A stretch of 64,000 nt of DNA from Sphingopyxis sp. GTDB taxonomy: Bacteria > Pseudomonadota > Alphaproteobacteria > Sphingomonadales > Sphingomonadaceae. The position numbers were made by a program, and so were the translations under genes. The DNA is taken from positions 14,060 to 78,059 of the forward strand of contig JBEBJX010000001.1 in assembly GCA_040079655.1 (NCBI GenBank), in the 5' to 3' direction. Positions 37,654 through 47,797 of the stretch are shown in pieces; position 1 is the first letter of the stretch, and each line of letters starts with the position of its first letter. The notes beneath the pieces are model-generated. The model was given only the letters and a program-made list of their open reading frames with translations, ran no database searches and was not told the DNA's origin.

Positions 37654-38913
37654 TCACCTCAAAAAATCTGGCACATGTTCGGCGGCCATGATGTCTTCGG
37701 CAGGGATGCGCTTTGCAACAATGGCCCATTGCGAACCATCGACCATAACCTCGGGAACCATGGCGCGGCTATTATAGGTGCTGGCCATTGATGCACCATA
37801 AGCGCCCGTTGATCGGAACATGATCAAATCACCCGCGCGCACCGCGTCAATATCTCGGCCGGTTGCAAATGTATCGCTGCTTTCGCAAATCGGGCCAACG
37901 ATGGTCGCGCTCATCCTCTCACCCACGGGTTTGACAGCCATGATTTCGTGCCAGGCGTCATAAAGCGCAGGCCGCGCCAAATCATTCATCGCCGCATCGA
38001 CAACAACGAAAGGATGGCTAGCACCTGGCTTGACCCGAATGACTGTGCTCAGCATCACCCCGGCATTGGCGGCGATGACCCGCCCTGGCTCAAACATCAG
38101 CGTCACACCCCAGTCAGCCGTCACCCGGGCAACCATAGCACCATATTCTGACGCTGTTGGCGGAGCGTCATCGGGGCGGTATCGAACACCAAGGCCGCCA
38201 CCCAAATCGACATGCGTGATGCCATGGCCGCGCGCACGCAGCTCGCGCAATAATTCGCCAGCGTGCTTGAATGCCGATTCCAGCGGTTCGAGCGATAACA
38301 GCTGGCTACCGATATGGAGCGCAATGCCACGCAGATTCAACCCAGCGCGCCGTGAAAGGCGGTCAAAAATATCGGCGGCGTCATGGATAGGCACGCCAAA
38401 TTTATTATCCGCCTTGCCCGTGGAGATTTTGGCGTGGGTCAAAGCGTCAACATCGGGGTTGATGCGGAGCGCCGCCACCGCAACCTTGCCCATTTGCGCG
38501 GCAATATCGCCCAGCTCTTCGCCCTCAATTTCAGATTCGATATTGAACTGCCCAACGCCGGCAACAAGCGCACTGGCCATTTCGCCGTGCGTTTTCCCAA
38601 CGCCGGAAAAGACGATCATCCCCGGGCTAACACCGCCAGCAATAGCGCGCCTCATTTCGCCAAGTGATACGACATCGGCACCAAAACCCTTTCCCGCCAC
38701 CACCGCGATGACCGCGAGGTTGGGATTGGCTTTGATGGCATAGGCACAGTGAACATCGCCAGCCTGTCTCACTCCGCTATCGAAGCTTTCTACTGCCTGT
38801 TCGAGCATGGCGCGCGAATAGACATAAACAGGCGTGCCAACGGCGGCGGCGATGTCGCTTAGCGCCACATTTTCGCAAAAAAATGCGCCGTCTTTGTTGG
38901 TAAATTGTTGCAT
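37654..38913 (-). CDS. lysA: Diaminopimelate decarboxylase
   Basis: YAIKAN PLP lysine, DVVSLGE, KFGV, HIGSQ, DLGGGLG, EPGR, GPICES.D, GAYG.SM.S.YN. Confidence 0.95.
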   Translation of the reverse strand: MQQFTNKDGAFFCENVALSDIAAAVGTPVYVYSRAMLEQAVESFDSGVRQAGDVHCAYAIKANPNLAVIAVVAGKGFGADVVSLGEMRRAIAGGVSPGMIVFSGVGKTHGEMASALVAGVGQFNIESEIEGEELGDIAAQMGKVAVAALRINPDVDALTHAKISTGKADNKFGVPIHDAADIFDRLSRRAGLNLRGIALHIGSQLLSLEPLESAFKHAGELLRELRARGHGITHVDLGGGLGVRYRPDDAPPTASEYGAMVARVTADWGVTLMFEPGRVIAANAGVMLSTVIRVKPGASHPFVVVDAAMNDLARPALYDAWHEIMAVKPVGERMSATIVGPICESSDTFATGRDIDAVRAGDLIMFRSTGAYGASMASTYNSRAMVPEVMVDGSQWAIVAKRIPAEDIMAAEHVPDFLR

Positions 38914-38936
38914 GCGGATTGAGGCCTGTCTGTGGA

Positions 38937-39176
38937 TTAGCTCGGCGGCAAATCATATTCATCGGATTGGCGCTCTTCTGACCGCCGCAACACTTCATCG
39001 CTGCGTTGCGGCCGTGCCTGGGCAGATGGCGCGTTTTGCTGTTCCGCAGTTGGCGCCACCGTGTCGCCCGTTGGAATAGCGGGGCCGGGATCAGCCGGCT
39101 TGCGCACAAGCTCTCCGCGTTGCCCGCAACTGGCAAGCGCCAAGCTTATCACACCAATGAATATTGCCTGTTTCAT
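38937..39176 (-). CDS. Small lipoprotein, LptM/YifL-like
   Basis: Lipobox LASC followed by GQRGEL (CGQKG.L-type); position between argH and lysA is typical. Confidence 0.65.
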   Translation of the reverse strand: MKQAIFIGVISLALASCGQRGELVRKPADPGPAIPTGDTVAPTAEQQNAPSAQARPQRSDEVLRRSEERQSDEYDLPPS

Positions 39177-39192
39177 AACGCATTCTCGCTCA

Positions 39193-40626
39193 TCATGGAT
39201 GGCTAATCATCGTGGCGCGTATCGCCGCAATCTGTTCGCGCACGCGCTGTGGCGCCGTTCCCCCATAGCTGGTCCGGCTGGCGACCGAAGCGTCTATGGT
39301 CAATGCGCCAAGCGTCGCCGCATCCAGCCTTGCATCAATAGCCTGTGCGGCACCAAGCGGCAATGCAGGTAAATCGCACCCTGCGGCCTCGGCTGATTTG
39401 ACGGCGGCACCAACAATATGGTGCGCCTCTCTGAATGGCACATCGGCTGTCCGGACCAGCCAATCGGCGAGGTCGGTCGCGGTGGAATATCCGCTGGCCG
39501 CCGCAGCGCGCATCCTATCTGTCTGAAAGTGGCTGCTCGACACCATGCCCGTCATCGCGGCGATGGAAAGCGCCAACAGGTCATGCGCTTCAAACAGCGG
39601 CGGTTTATCGTCCTGCATATCCTTTGAATAGGCCAGTGGCAGGCCCTTCATCGTCATCATCAGGCTGATGAGACAGCCCGATATGCGCCCGCTATGCCCG
39701 CGGACCAGCTCCGCCGCATCAGGATTGCGCTTTTGCGGCATGATCGAGCTGCCCGTCGAAAAACTGTCGGATAAAGCGACGAACCCGAACATCTGGCTCG
39801 ACCAGATGACAAATTCTTCGGCCAGGCGCGACAGGTGCAGCGAGCAAAGGCTGGCTGCGGATAAATATTCAAGCGCGAAATCGCGATCGGATACCGAATC
39901 GAGGCTGTTACGCGTGGGCGCATCAAAGCCAAGCGCACGCGCCGTTGCTTCGCGGTCAATCGGAAAGCTGGTCCCCGCCAATGCCGCCGATCCTAAAGGG
40001 CATTGATTGAGCCGCGCCCGCGCGTCTGCAAATCGGCTGCGGTCGCGCCTTATCATCTCGACATAGGCCATCAGGTGATGGCCGAGGGTGATCGGCTGCG
40101 CGACCTGTAAATGCGTAAAGCCGGGCATGATAGTGTCGGCATGACGCTCTGCCACATCCAGCAGGGCATGGATCAGCGCAATGAGCGCCTGATCGGTCTG
40201 GTCGATGGCGTCGCGGACCCACAGGCGAAAATCGGTCGCCACCTGATCGTTGCGGCTGCGCGCAGTGTGCAACCGCCCGGCGACGGGGCCAATCAGCTCG
40301 GCCAGGCGGCTTTCCACCGTCATATGAATATCTTCTAACGCGAGATCCACCGGCACACCATGTTCGGCATATTCGGCCGCAATCTGCGCAAGGCCGGCAT
40401 CGATTTTGGCGCTATCATCCCGCGATAATATCCCCGTAGCGCTAAGCATGGCAACATGGGCGCGTGACCCCGCGATATCTTGCTGCCAAAGCCGCTTGTC
40501 AAAAGGAATGGAGGCATTAATCTCGCGCATGATTGCGGCTGGCCCTTCGGCGAAACGGCCGCCCCACATAGTACTGACCGCCGGAGCTGCATCCTTGCTT
40601 GATTTTAGAGACCCCGTATCCGTCAC
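39193..40626 (-). CDS. argH: Argininosuccinate lyase
   Basis: [46 protein letters not shown]; the start may be ATG 40569. Confidence 0.97.
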   Translation of the reverse strand: MTDTGSLKSSKDAAPAVSTMWGGRFAEGPAAIMREINASIPFDKRLWQQDIAGSRAHVAMLSATGILSRDDSAKIDAGLAQIAAEYAEHGVPVDLALEDIHMTVESRLAELIGPVAGRLHTARSRNDQVATDFRLWVRDAIDQTDQALIALIHALLDVAERHADTIMPGFTHLQVAQPITLGHHLMAYVEMIRRDRSRFADARARLNQCPLGSAALAGTSFPIDREATARALGFDAPTRNSLDSVSDRDFALEYLSAASLCSLHLSRLAEEFVIWSSQMFGFVALSDSFSTGSSIMPQKRNPDAAELVRGHSGRISGCLISLMMTMKGLPLAYSKDMQDDKPPLFEAHDLLALSIAAMTGMVSSSHFQTDRMRAAAASGYSTATDLADWLVRTADVPFREAHHIVGAAVKSAEAAGCDLPALPLGAAQAIDARLDAATLGALTIDASVASRTSYGGTAPQRVREQIAAIRATMISHP

Positions 40627-40672
40627 GCGATTAACCCATTCTCAAAAGTGGCATATTCAAAAGCGGCGACCA

Positions 40673-41242
40673 TTGGCTTTGGCCCTGCTGGTGCTGGTTG
40701 GCGGCATGGCCATGAGTGGCTGCGATAGGGAAAATGGCGTTCCCCCGCAACCCGCCGCAAACAATGAAAGCCAGGCAGGCGCCCCGAAACGCTATTCTAT
40801 TGACAGATCGCACGCCGGAGCCACCTTGCCGACAAATGCGGTGCGCAACGAACAGGGGCAAGCCGCCCACCTCGCTGACCTGAGCGGAAAGCCGATCATT
40901 CTCAACCTTTGGGCTACCTGGTGCGGGCCCTGTGTCGAGGAATTGCCGACCCTGAACCGCCTGGCAGCCGCAACATCGACCCGAGCGCATATTATTGGGC
41001 TGTCGCAAGATATTGGCGACGATGGCCACGGCCCGCGAGAGTTTCTGGCTGCGCGCGGCTGGGGCAATATCCGGTCATGGCACGACCCGGATAACGCGAT
41101 TGGCCTTGTCTATGGGGGTGGCCTTCCGACGACTATCCTGTTTGATGCAACAGGGCATGAGGTCGCGCGGGTCATTGGCCCGCTCGATTGGACGGGCGCT
41201 GAGGCTGCCGCCCTATTGGCCCAAGCGGGCGCCGCTATATAA
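40673..41242 (+). CDS. TlpA-family thiol:disulfide oxidoreductase (lipoprotein)
   Basis: Lipobox MSGC, LNLWATWCGPCVEELP.L, GLPTT; start codon uncertain. Confidence 0.85.
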   Translation: MALALLVLVGGMAMSGCDRENGVPPQPAANNESQAGAPKRYSIDRSHAGATLPTNAVRNEQGQAAHLADLSGKPIILNLWATWCGPCVEELPTLNRLAAATSTRAHIIGLSQDIGDDGHGPREFLAARGWGNIRSWHDPDNAIGLVYGGGLPTTILFDATGHEVARVIGPLDWTGAEAAALLAQAGAAI

Positions 41243-41328
41243 ACACGCAAAGCGGGTGGCCATATGGCGGCGACTGCGCCATAGAGGGTCAATGCGAACA
41301 TCCATTTTCGTCTGAACGGCACCGGGGC

Positions 41329-42243
41329 ATGGATCTCTATCTTCCCGTCGCCAACATGTCGGTCAACATCTTCATGATTGTTGCCCTGGGCGGCATGGTT
41401 GGCCTGTTGTCCGGCATGTTCGGTGTTGGCGGGGGGTTCCTCACCACGCCATTGCTGATATTTTACGGCATTCCCCCGACGGTGGCGGCTGCAAGCGCGG
41501 CTACTCAGGTGACGGGGGCGAGTGTTTCTGGCATATTTGCGCACTGGCAACGCGGCGGTGTTGATACTCGCATGGGCTTGGTGCTTATCGCGGGCGGTGT
41601 TGTCGGGTCATTGCTGGGCGCTATGCTGTTCGAATGGCTACAGACCAGGGGCCAAATCGATACGGTGATCAATCTGATGTATCTGGTGCTGCTCGGCTCT
41701 ATCGGTTGGTTGATGCTGCGTGAATCCTTGAATAGCCTGCGCGCACTCAAAAGCGGTATAGCCGTTCAGGCGCGCAAACGCAGGCACCATCCATTGGTCA
41801 CGCTCCTGCCTATGCGCTGGCGATTTTATAAATCCGGATTGTATATGTCACCGCTCGCGCCCTTCATCCTGGGTGTGGCGACGGGCATTATGACGATGCT
41901 GCTGGGCGTTGGTGGCGGTTTCATCATGGTGCCGGCGATGCTTTATATTTTGGGCATGGACGCCCAGATGGTTGTCGGGACATCGCTGTTCCAAATCCTG
42001 TTCACAACGATTGCTTCGACCATGGTCCACAGCCTGACCACGCGCGCGGTAGACATTGTGCTGGCCCTCTTGTTGCTGGTCGGCGGAGTCGTTGGTGCAC
42101 AGGTGGGCGCGCGATTTGCGATGAAGGTAAACCCAACGAAAATGCGGCTGGGCCTCGCTGTCATTGTGTTGCTGGTTGCGTTTCGCACCGCCATCGGGCT
42201 GGCTTGGCAACCCGACGAAATTTTTTCAATCCAATGGCTATAA
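41329..42243 (+). CDS. TauE/SafE-family (sulfite exporter-like) membrane protein
   Basis: MDLYLP, GMFGVGGGFLTTP, LGVGGGFIMVP internal duplication. Confidence 0.88.
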   Translation: MDLYLPVANMSVNIFMIVALGGMVGLLSGMFGVGGGFLTTPLLIFYGIPPTVAAASAATQVTGASVSGIFAHWQRGGVDTRMGLVLIAGGVVGSLLGAMLFEWLQTRGQIDTVINLMYLVLLGSIGWLMLRESLNSLRALKSGIAVQARKRRHHPLVTLLPMRWRFYKSGLYMSPLAPFILGVATGIMTMLLGVGGGFIMVPAMLYILGMDAQMVVGTSLFQILFTTIASTMVHSLTTRAVDIVLALLLLVGGVVGAQVGARFAMKVNPTKMRLGLAVIVLLVAFRTAIGLAWQPDEIFSIQWL

Positions 42244-42244
42244 C

Positions 42245-43033
42245 ATGAGCCTGGCGCGCTTCCTCTGGCCAGTGATCTGCGGCTTGATTGTGGCGATAGC
42301 CATGACCACACACGCGCCCGCAGCGCCGGGTGACCCGGTTTTGGTGCCCGATGTATCAAGCCGCAGCATCGACATAAAATATAGCTTTACTGGTGAAGAA
42401 TTGCTTTTGTTTGGAGCAATAATATACCCAGACGGCCGTGCGCCGGACGCGCGGGCTGATATTGTTGTCGTCATCAGAGGGCCGACCCAGTCTATCAGGC
42501 TGCGCGAAAAACAGCGCGTGGCCGGCATATGGGTCAATGCCGATAGCGTGCGATTTGGCAGCGCGCCCGGCTATTACGCCGTGGCTGCATCGCGCCCTAT
42601 TCCAGACATGATTGATGAGCGCACAGCCGCTATATACGAAATCGGCCTTCAAAATCTGTCACTTTCGCCGGCTGAATTTTCGGACAGCGCCCAACTTAGG
42701 CATTTCGAAGGCGGCCTGGTCGACTTGAAACAGCGCCAATTGCTCTATGTTGAGCGCACAAACGCCGTAGAGATTTCTCATGGTGCGCTTTACCGTGCGC
42801 GATTAATGATTCCGGCACAGGTGCCCGTCGGGCGCTATACGGCCGAAACATTCCTTATCAGTCACGGCGATGTCATCGCTGTTGCCTCGCGCGACATCGA
42901 TATTCGTAAAACCGGATTCGACCGGTTTGTCGCCTATGCCGCCGAAAACTTCGGCTTATTCTACGGCCTTTTGGCCATCGCGATGTCGGTTGGCCTGGGC
43001 TGGTTTGCTGGCTGGATATTCCGCAAAGTCTGA
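42245..43033 (+). CDS. TIGR02186-family conserved membrane protein
   Basis: I..SFTGEELLLFGAI, REKQRVAGIWVN, P.YYAVA, V.PVG.Y, K.GF..F pattern; usually downstream of TauE in alphaproteobacteria. Confidence 0.8.
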   Translation: MSLARFLWPVICGLIVAIAMTTHAPAAPGDPVLVPDVSSRSIDIKYSFTGEELLLFGAIIYPDGRAPDARADIVVVIRGPTQSIRLREKQRVAGIWVNADSVRFGSAPGYYAVAASRPIPDMIDERTAAIYEIGLQNLSLSPAEFSDSAQLRHFEGGLVDLKQRQLLYVERTNAVEISHGALYRARLMIPAQVPVGRYTAETFLISHGDVIAVASRDIDIRKTGFDRFVAYAAENFGLFYGLLAIAMSVGLGWFAGWIFRKV

Positions 43034-43151
43034 TTGTCCTGCAATCGTCACACTATCCTATTAACCATGTTGCAGGAATTTCTTAACACCCCTTTGCTAG
43101 TCACTGTTCAATCTCGTCCTATTTCGCGACATTGAACGGTAAATAGTCACA

Positions 43152-44843
43152 ATGGATAATTTCTCCAACTTTCCGCAAGCCAACCCCCAGGCCAATTCCG
43201 ACGCCTCTATCGTTGATATGGTCGACGCGCGAACCGCCAGCACGGAAAGCCTGCGCATTGGCGACGTGATGGACATTGCAGGGTCCTCCTCTGCTGTTAT
43301 TTTACACGCCGATGCCCTCAACATATTGGCCAGCAATGCTGACTCGGTTGTGTCGATTGCGGGACAGGTCGGCAGTCAGATCAAAATCCGTGTCGGCGAT
43401 GTCTGGCTTGTTGCGGGTATCCGCAATCAACGTATGCACCAGCGCGACCCCAGCCTGATTATCGCCACGGTCGATTTTCTGGGCGAAGGCGACGAGGAAA
43501 TCTTGACGGGAAAGATCAACAATTTCCGCCGCGGTGTAACGCGCTACCCCATCCCCGGCAGCCCCGTCTATGCTGCGACCGCTGCTGATCTTCGCCAAAT
43601 CTATGCCGCCGACACCCGGCCACATATCGATATTGGCACGGTCTATCCTACCAAAGACACGCGTGCCGCGCTGTATATCGACCCCATGCTGGGCAAGCAT
43701 TTTGCGCTGCTCGGCTCAACGGGTACAGGTAAATCAACCAGCGCGGCGCTCATCCTCCATCGCATCATCGCCATGGCGCCCGAAGGGCATGTGGTGATGA
43801 TTGATCCGCACGGCGAATATAGCGCCGCGTTCAAAGGGCAAGGCGCGCTGTTCGATGTCGACAATCTTGCAATGCCCTATTGGCTGCTTAACTTTCACGA
43901 ACATTGCGAAGTTTTCGTGACGTCCGAGGGCAAGGAACGGCAGATCGACTGCGATATTCTTTCACGATGCCTGCTTGCCGCGCGCGCCAAAAACAAAGCG
44001 TCGGAGGGTGTTTCCAAGCTGACGGTGGATAGCCCCGTTCCCTATTTACTGTCTGACCTGTTGAACATTATCCAGCTCGAAATGGGCAAGCTCGAAAAAT
44101 CGACATCAACCGCGCCGTTCATGCGGCTAAAGGGGAAAATCGAGGAATTACGCGCCGACCCGCGCTATAATTTCATGTTTTCCGGCATGCTTGTCGGCGA
44201 CACGATGGCCAGTTTCCTGTCCAAAATATTCCGCCTGCCGGGCGATGGCCGCCCGATTTCGATCGTCGACGTATCCGGCGTGCCGTCCGATGTCGTCAGC
44301 GTCGTGGTCGGCGTATTGGCGCGGATGGTGTTCGATTTTGCCATCTGGTCACGCGATGAGCCCCAGCGGCCCATCCTGCTGGTGTGCGAAGAGGCGCACC
44401 GCTATGTTCCCAATGAACGCAATGCCGACGGCTCATCAGTGGGCCGCATCTTGTCACGCATCGCCAAGGAAGGCCGTAAATATGGCGTGTCTCTAGGCCT
44501 CATTACCCAGCGCCCGTCCGACCTGGCCGAAGGGGTGTTGTCGCAATGCGGCACGATCATCGCCATGAGGCTCAACAATGAGCGCGATCAGAATTTTGTC
44601 AAAGCCGCGATGCCCGAAGGGTCAAAGGGCTTTATCGATTCGATAGCGGCGCTTCGCAACCGCGAATGCATTATCTGCGGCGAAGGTGTCGCCATTCCCA
44701 TCCGCGTCATGCTCGATACGCTGGAGGAAGAAAAACGCCCAGCATCGACCGATCCGCTGTTTTCTGAATTGTGGCGCAACACCGGCGGAGAGGCCGAGAT
44801 CGTCGGGCGCATCGTGCGGCGTTGGAGAAGCCAGGGCCGATAG
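43152..44843 (+). CDS. HerA/FtsK-superfamily ATPase (DUF87/DUF853-like)
   Basis: N-terminal HAS-barrel-like region, KHFALLGSTGTGKS, IDPHGEY, LVCEEAHRY, IAKEGRKYGV.L.LITQRPS. Confidence 0.85.
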   Translation: MDNFSNFPQANPQANSDASIVDMVDARTASTESLRIGDVMDIAGSSSAVILHADALNILASNADSVVSIAGQVGSQIKIRVGDVWLVAGIRNQRMHQRDPSLIIATVDFLGEGDEEILTGKINNFRRGVTRYPIPGSPVYAATAADLRQIYAADTRPHIDIGTVYPTKDTRAALYIDPMLGKHFALLGSTGTGKSTSAALILHRIIAMAPEGHVVMIDPHGEYSAAFKGQGALFDVDNLAMPYWLLNFHEHCEVFVTSEGKERQIDCDILSRCLLAARAKNKASEGVSKLTVDSPVPYLLSDLLNIIQLEMGKLEKSTSTAPFMRLKGKIEELRADPRYNFMFSGMLVGDTMASFLSKIFRLPGDGRPISIVDVSGVPSDVVSVVVGVLARMVFDFAIWSRDEPQRPILLVCEEAHRYVPNERNADGSSVGRILSRIAKEGRKYGVSLGLITQRPSDLAEGVLSQCGTIIAMRLNNERDQNFVKAAMPEGSKGFIDSIAALRNRECIICGEGVAIPIRVMLDTLEEEKRPASTDPLFSELWRNTGGEAEIVGRIVRRWRSQGR

Positions 44844-44872
44844 ATCGGCCTGAGGGGGAAGTCGCAGGGCCG

Positions 44873-45256
44873 CTAACCCTTCGGCTGTTCCCACAGTTCG
44901 ATCGCATTGCCCTCCGGGTCATGGACGCGGGCAAAGCGCCCGAGCGACGGATCATCCCATTCGGGTTTGGTGATAACCTCGGCACCCGCCGCACGGAATG
45001 GTGCGAGCACCACGTCAAGATCGTCGACCCTGACGTTGATCATGAACGATTTGTCCGCCGCAAAATAATCGCTGTCGGCCTTGAACGGCGCAAAAACCAT
45101 CGGCCCGCCCTGCGTGGCCCATACCCATTCATTGGCCTCTGCCAACGGGTCCGACACACAGCCCGCGCCGATGCCCAGCCATTCCTTGTACCAAAGGGAG
45201 AGCGCATCGGGGTCTTGCGCCCTAAAGAACAGCCCACCCATGCCAAGCACGCTCAT
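44873..45256 (-). CDS. VOC (glyoxalase/bleomycin resistance) family protein
   Basis: V.GMGGLFFRAQDP..L..WY, FMIN.RVDDLD, GRFARVHDPEGNAIELW; AGGAGG RBS. Confidence 0.88.
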   Translation of the reverse strand: MSVLGMGGLFFRAQDPDALSLWYKEWLGIGAGCVSDPLAEANEWVWATQGGPMVFAPFKADSDYFAADKSFMINVRVDDLDVVLAPFRAAGAEVITKPEWDDPSLGRFARVHDPEGNAIELWEQPKG

Positions 45257-45273
45257 GCCGCTATCCTCCTTGC

Positions 45274-46491
45274 CTACCGCGCGACCGGCGCGCCGCTGTT
45301 GCGATATTCCTCTCTTATAGAGCCGGAACCAGAAAGCCTAGGGTCGGTATAGTGGGGTTCTGGGCGCGCAGACACTGGCGCAAGCGGCGTGAAGCCGGGC
45401 TGTGCTGTGACCACAGGAGCGACGGTTCCCACGGGCGATGAGCGCGCAATAGCCGCCATGGTCGCCGCATCCGCCGCGCCCGGGATGCTCGCCACCACGG
45501 GGACAAGCGGTGACAGCGCGGGTGATGACCGCCCTGCCCTTGCCGCGAGCTGTGCAGCAATCGGAAGGTAGGGCCCGGGGACGGGCTCGTGCCCCGAATA
45601 GGGCCGACTGAACGCGGCTGGCATGCCCCAGCGCCCGCGCCATCGATGAAAAATATGCGCACCGACAATATTGGTCATCGCTAGGCTGCGCCCCCATGAC
45701 GGCCAGATCGCTTGGGTATGATAGTGCGTCGCCAGGCCAACGGCGGGGAAGGTCCGGCCCGACAGCGCCTCGGCTGCGATCCGGCTGGCGCGCGACCAAT
45801 TGGGGCGGCTGGGCGCACGCGCCATCGCGCCATCACAGGAAAAGGTGAATTGACACACGATCGCGCGCTGCGACCCCTGGAACACGACGCCGCACACACT
45901 GCCGGGGAAGCTGGGGTGGCGAACCCGGTTGAGCACAACCTGCGCGACGCCGCGCATGCCGTCGTCGCTCTCGCTCGCGGCCTCATAATAAAGCGCCGCT
46001 GTCAGGCAATAATGCGCACGCGCCGTGTCTGTCGATGTGGCACCGCGGAAAACGGTGCGTTGCGCCGCAGGGCCAACATAGGCTTCCTGCCTGAGTGACG
46101 CTGCATTGATAGTCGGCGCGGTCACGCTTGCCTCTCCCAAAGCCTGGACGGACAAGGGATCAGGCAGTTCGGCGTCGATAGCCTGCGCCGCAGCAAAATC
46201 GTCGGCATTGACCAGCGACCATAATTGCGGATCATGCGGATGAAGCGTGACAGGCACCGAAACACGATATGGCGTGGCAAAAGCTGTGCGGCCAAGCACT
46301 TCGCGCGACCCGAACAGGATGATCGGGATGAGCAGAATAGCAGCCAGCCAATTGCGCAGCACATGGCCCCGTTTTGTGGGCGCAGAGCGCCAACCCGCCT
46401 CGGGCGCAGAGCGCCAACCCGCCTCGGGCACAGAGCGCCATTGCCCAGAGGCGGGCAATGCTGTCGCAGGATTGGTGCTATTTTTCGTCAA
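45274..46491 (-). CDS. Cell wall hydrolase (SleB/Hydrolase_2 family)
   Basis: CLTAALYYEAASE...G..GVAQVVLNRVRHPSFPGSVCGVVFQG, CQFTF, ATHYH, W, GAHIF. Confidence 0.88.
   Translation of the reverse strand: MTKNSTNPATALPASGQWRSVPEAGWRSAPEAGWRSAPTKRGHVLRNWLAAILLIPIILFGSREVLGRTAFATPYRVSVPVTLHPHDPQLWSLVNADDFAAAQAIDAELPDPLSVQALGEASVTAPTINAASLRQEAYVGPAAQRTVFRGATSTDTARAHYCLTAALYYEAASESDDGMRGVAQVVLNRVRHPSFPGSVCGVVFQGSQRAIVCQFTFSCDGAMARAPSRPNWSRASRIAAEALSGRTFPAVGLATHYHTQAIWPSWGRSLAMTNIVGAHIFHRWRGRWGMPAAFSRPYSGHEPVPGPYLPIAAQLAARAGRSSPALSPLVPVVASIPGAADAATMAAIARSSPVGTVAPVVTAQPGFTPLAPVSARPEPHYTDPRLSGSGSIREEYRNSGAPVAR
46378..46440. repeat. 24-bp tandem repeat (about 2.6 copies) in the N-terminus of the cell wall hydrolase
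   Basis: gggcgcagagcgccaacccgcctc x2 plus gggcacagagcgcca; encodes WRS(V/A)PEAG repeats. Confidence 0.9.
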
Positions 46492-46621
46492 GCGAACGAG
46501 CTCCCTAGTTGTCGCGCGCTTCGAATCACGCTGTGAAGCCCCTTTGCCAGATAATTATGGCCAAATCCTCACCGCTAACCAATTTGCGCTATTTCGGGAC
46601 AATATGCGTGAGCTGCGCAGG

Positions 46622-47554
46622 CTATAACGCCCCTGGCACGCCGAGCATCCGCGCCTGCGCGCGCAGCCGCGCCTCTTGCCCAGGGTTGGCTGCCACCGCG
46701 CGGCGCAGCGCCTCGCCCGCCTGTGCGCTCTGCCCCAACGTCATCCGGCTGCGCATCAGCATGATCCAGCGGTCGGGCTGCGCGGGGTTGGCATCGAGCT
46801 TGGCCTGAAGGCTGTCGACCATCCCCTGCACCATCATATCCTGTTGCCCCTTGGGCAGCGCCGCCGCTTGCTGCATCTGGCCGCGTGTTGGGCCGGGGAT
46901 AGCGCGGGCGGCGACAGGTAGCTGCTCGGCGGTCAATTGCGGCTGGCGCACGGCGGCGAGGCGGCTTGCCACGTCGATATTGTTCCGTTCCCCAACTTGC
47001 TGAATGGTGCGGCGCAAGTCCGCCTCCCACGGCGCGCCTTGCGGGGTGTCGGCCAGCAAAGCCAGCCAGGCGGTGATTGCGCCCGCATGGTCGCCATCAA
47101 CATCGCGTTTGGCGGCAATGAAATAGCGCGCACGCGGATCATCCGCATCAAGCCCGACTGCCCGTTCAAAGGCCGCCATCGCATCAGCCGGTATTGGCGG
47201 GCCGACGCGCGGCGCGGCCATCACCAATGCCTCGCCAAGTCCCGACCACAGGCCAGCGACAGCGGGGGAAAGCGACGTCGCCTTGCGATAGGCGGCAACC
47301 GCACCGGCATAATCTTCGCTATCAAACCGCGCCTGCGCCAGATTGGCCCATGCTTCGCCGTTTTCAGGTTCGGCGACGGTGCGCGCCTCCAGCGCGGCAA
47401 TGCCTGCGCCAACAGGTGCTGCTGGTGCAGCAGCGGCGGTGTCATCACTCTGACCCGCCGAACGGCTCAACGCAAAGCCCAGCGCGCCGATCAAAGCGAC
47501 GCAGCCTAGCCCCAGCAGCAACCAACGGCCATTGCCTGCGGTTTCCTCCGTCAT
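46622..47554 (-). CDS. Membrane-anchored TPR protein resembling the periplasmic part of CcmI/CycH
   Basis: N-terminal TM helix, TPR helices (GEAWANLAQA, AYRKA, GLGEAL, RARYF), M.QGMVDSL..KL..NP....RWIML.RS C-terminal pattern. Confidence 0.65.
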   Translation of the reverse strand: MTEETAGNGRWLLLGLGCVALIGALGFALSRSAGQSDDTAAAAPAAPVGAGIAALEARTVAEPENGEAWANLAQARFDSEDYAGAVAAYRKATSLSPAVAGLWSGLGEALVMAAPRVGPPIPADAMAAFERAVGLDADDPRARYFIAAKRDVDGDHAGAITAWLALLADTPQGAPWEADLRRTIQQVGERNNIDVASRLAAVRQPQLTAEQLPVAARAIPGPTRGQMQQAAALPKGQQDMMVQGMVDSLQAKLDANPAQPDRWIMLMRSRMTLGQSAQAGEALRRAVAANPGQEARLRAQARMLGVPGAL

Positions 47555-47797
47555 GCCCACACCATCATCATCCGAATGCTCGATCTTGCTCACCACAATC
47601 CCTTTTCAAAAAGGCGCCAATAGTTTTGCCGCCATAATCTGACAATGCCACACATCACAGCGCCCTGAAAGAATAGACGCTATTCACGAGATGGGGGGTT
47701 GGAACAGCCGGATAAATCCCCTAAGCCCGTGACTCAGAGATGCCGTCAGAGCATCCATAGGGGTCGCGTAACCGTCTGTTTGGGGAGGGAGCGACAT

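Noticed and set aside
43061-43097. TTAACCAT and TTAAC motifs upstream of the HerA-like gene as a CtrA box
   Set aside because: Half-sites are not in TTAA-N7-TTAA spacing; only a weak half-site case
43152-44843. HerA as part of an anti-phage system
   Set aside because: No Sir2, nuclease or other defence gene adjacent; housekeeping-type neighbourhood
44771-45352. 193-aa plus-strand ORF
   Set aside because: Antisense to the VOC gene, which has the strong RBS and family motifs
46378-46440. Tandem repeats here and at 23853-23909 as CRISPR arrays
   Set aside because: No unique spacers of regular length, too few units, no cas genes
47671-47755. Short hairpins (gaatag/ctattc, gatgc/gcatc) in the gdhA leader as a riboswitch
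   Set aside because: Stems of 5-6 bp are expected by chance and I recognise no riboswitch consensus; a covariance search would be needed
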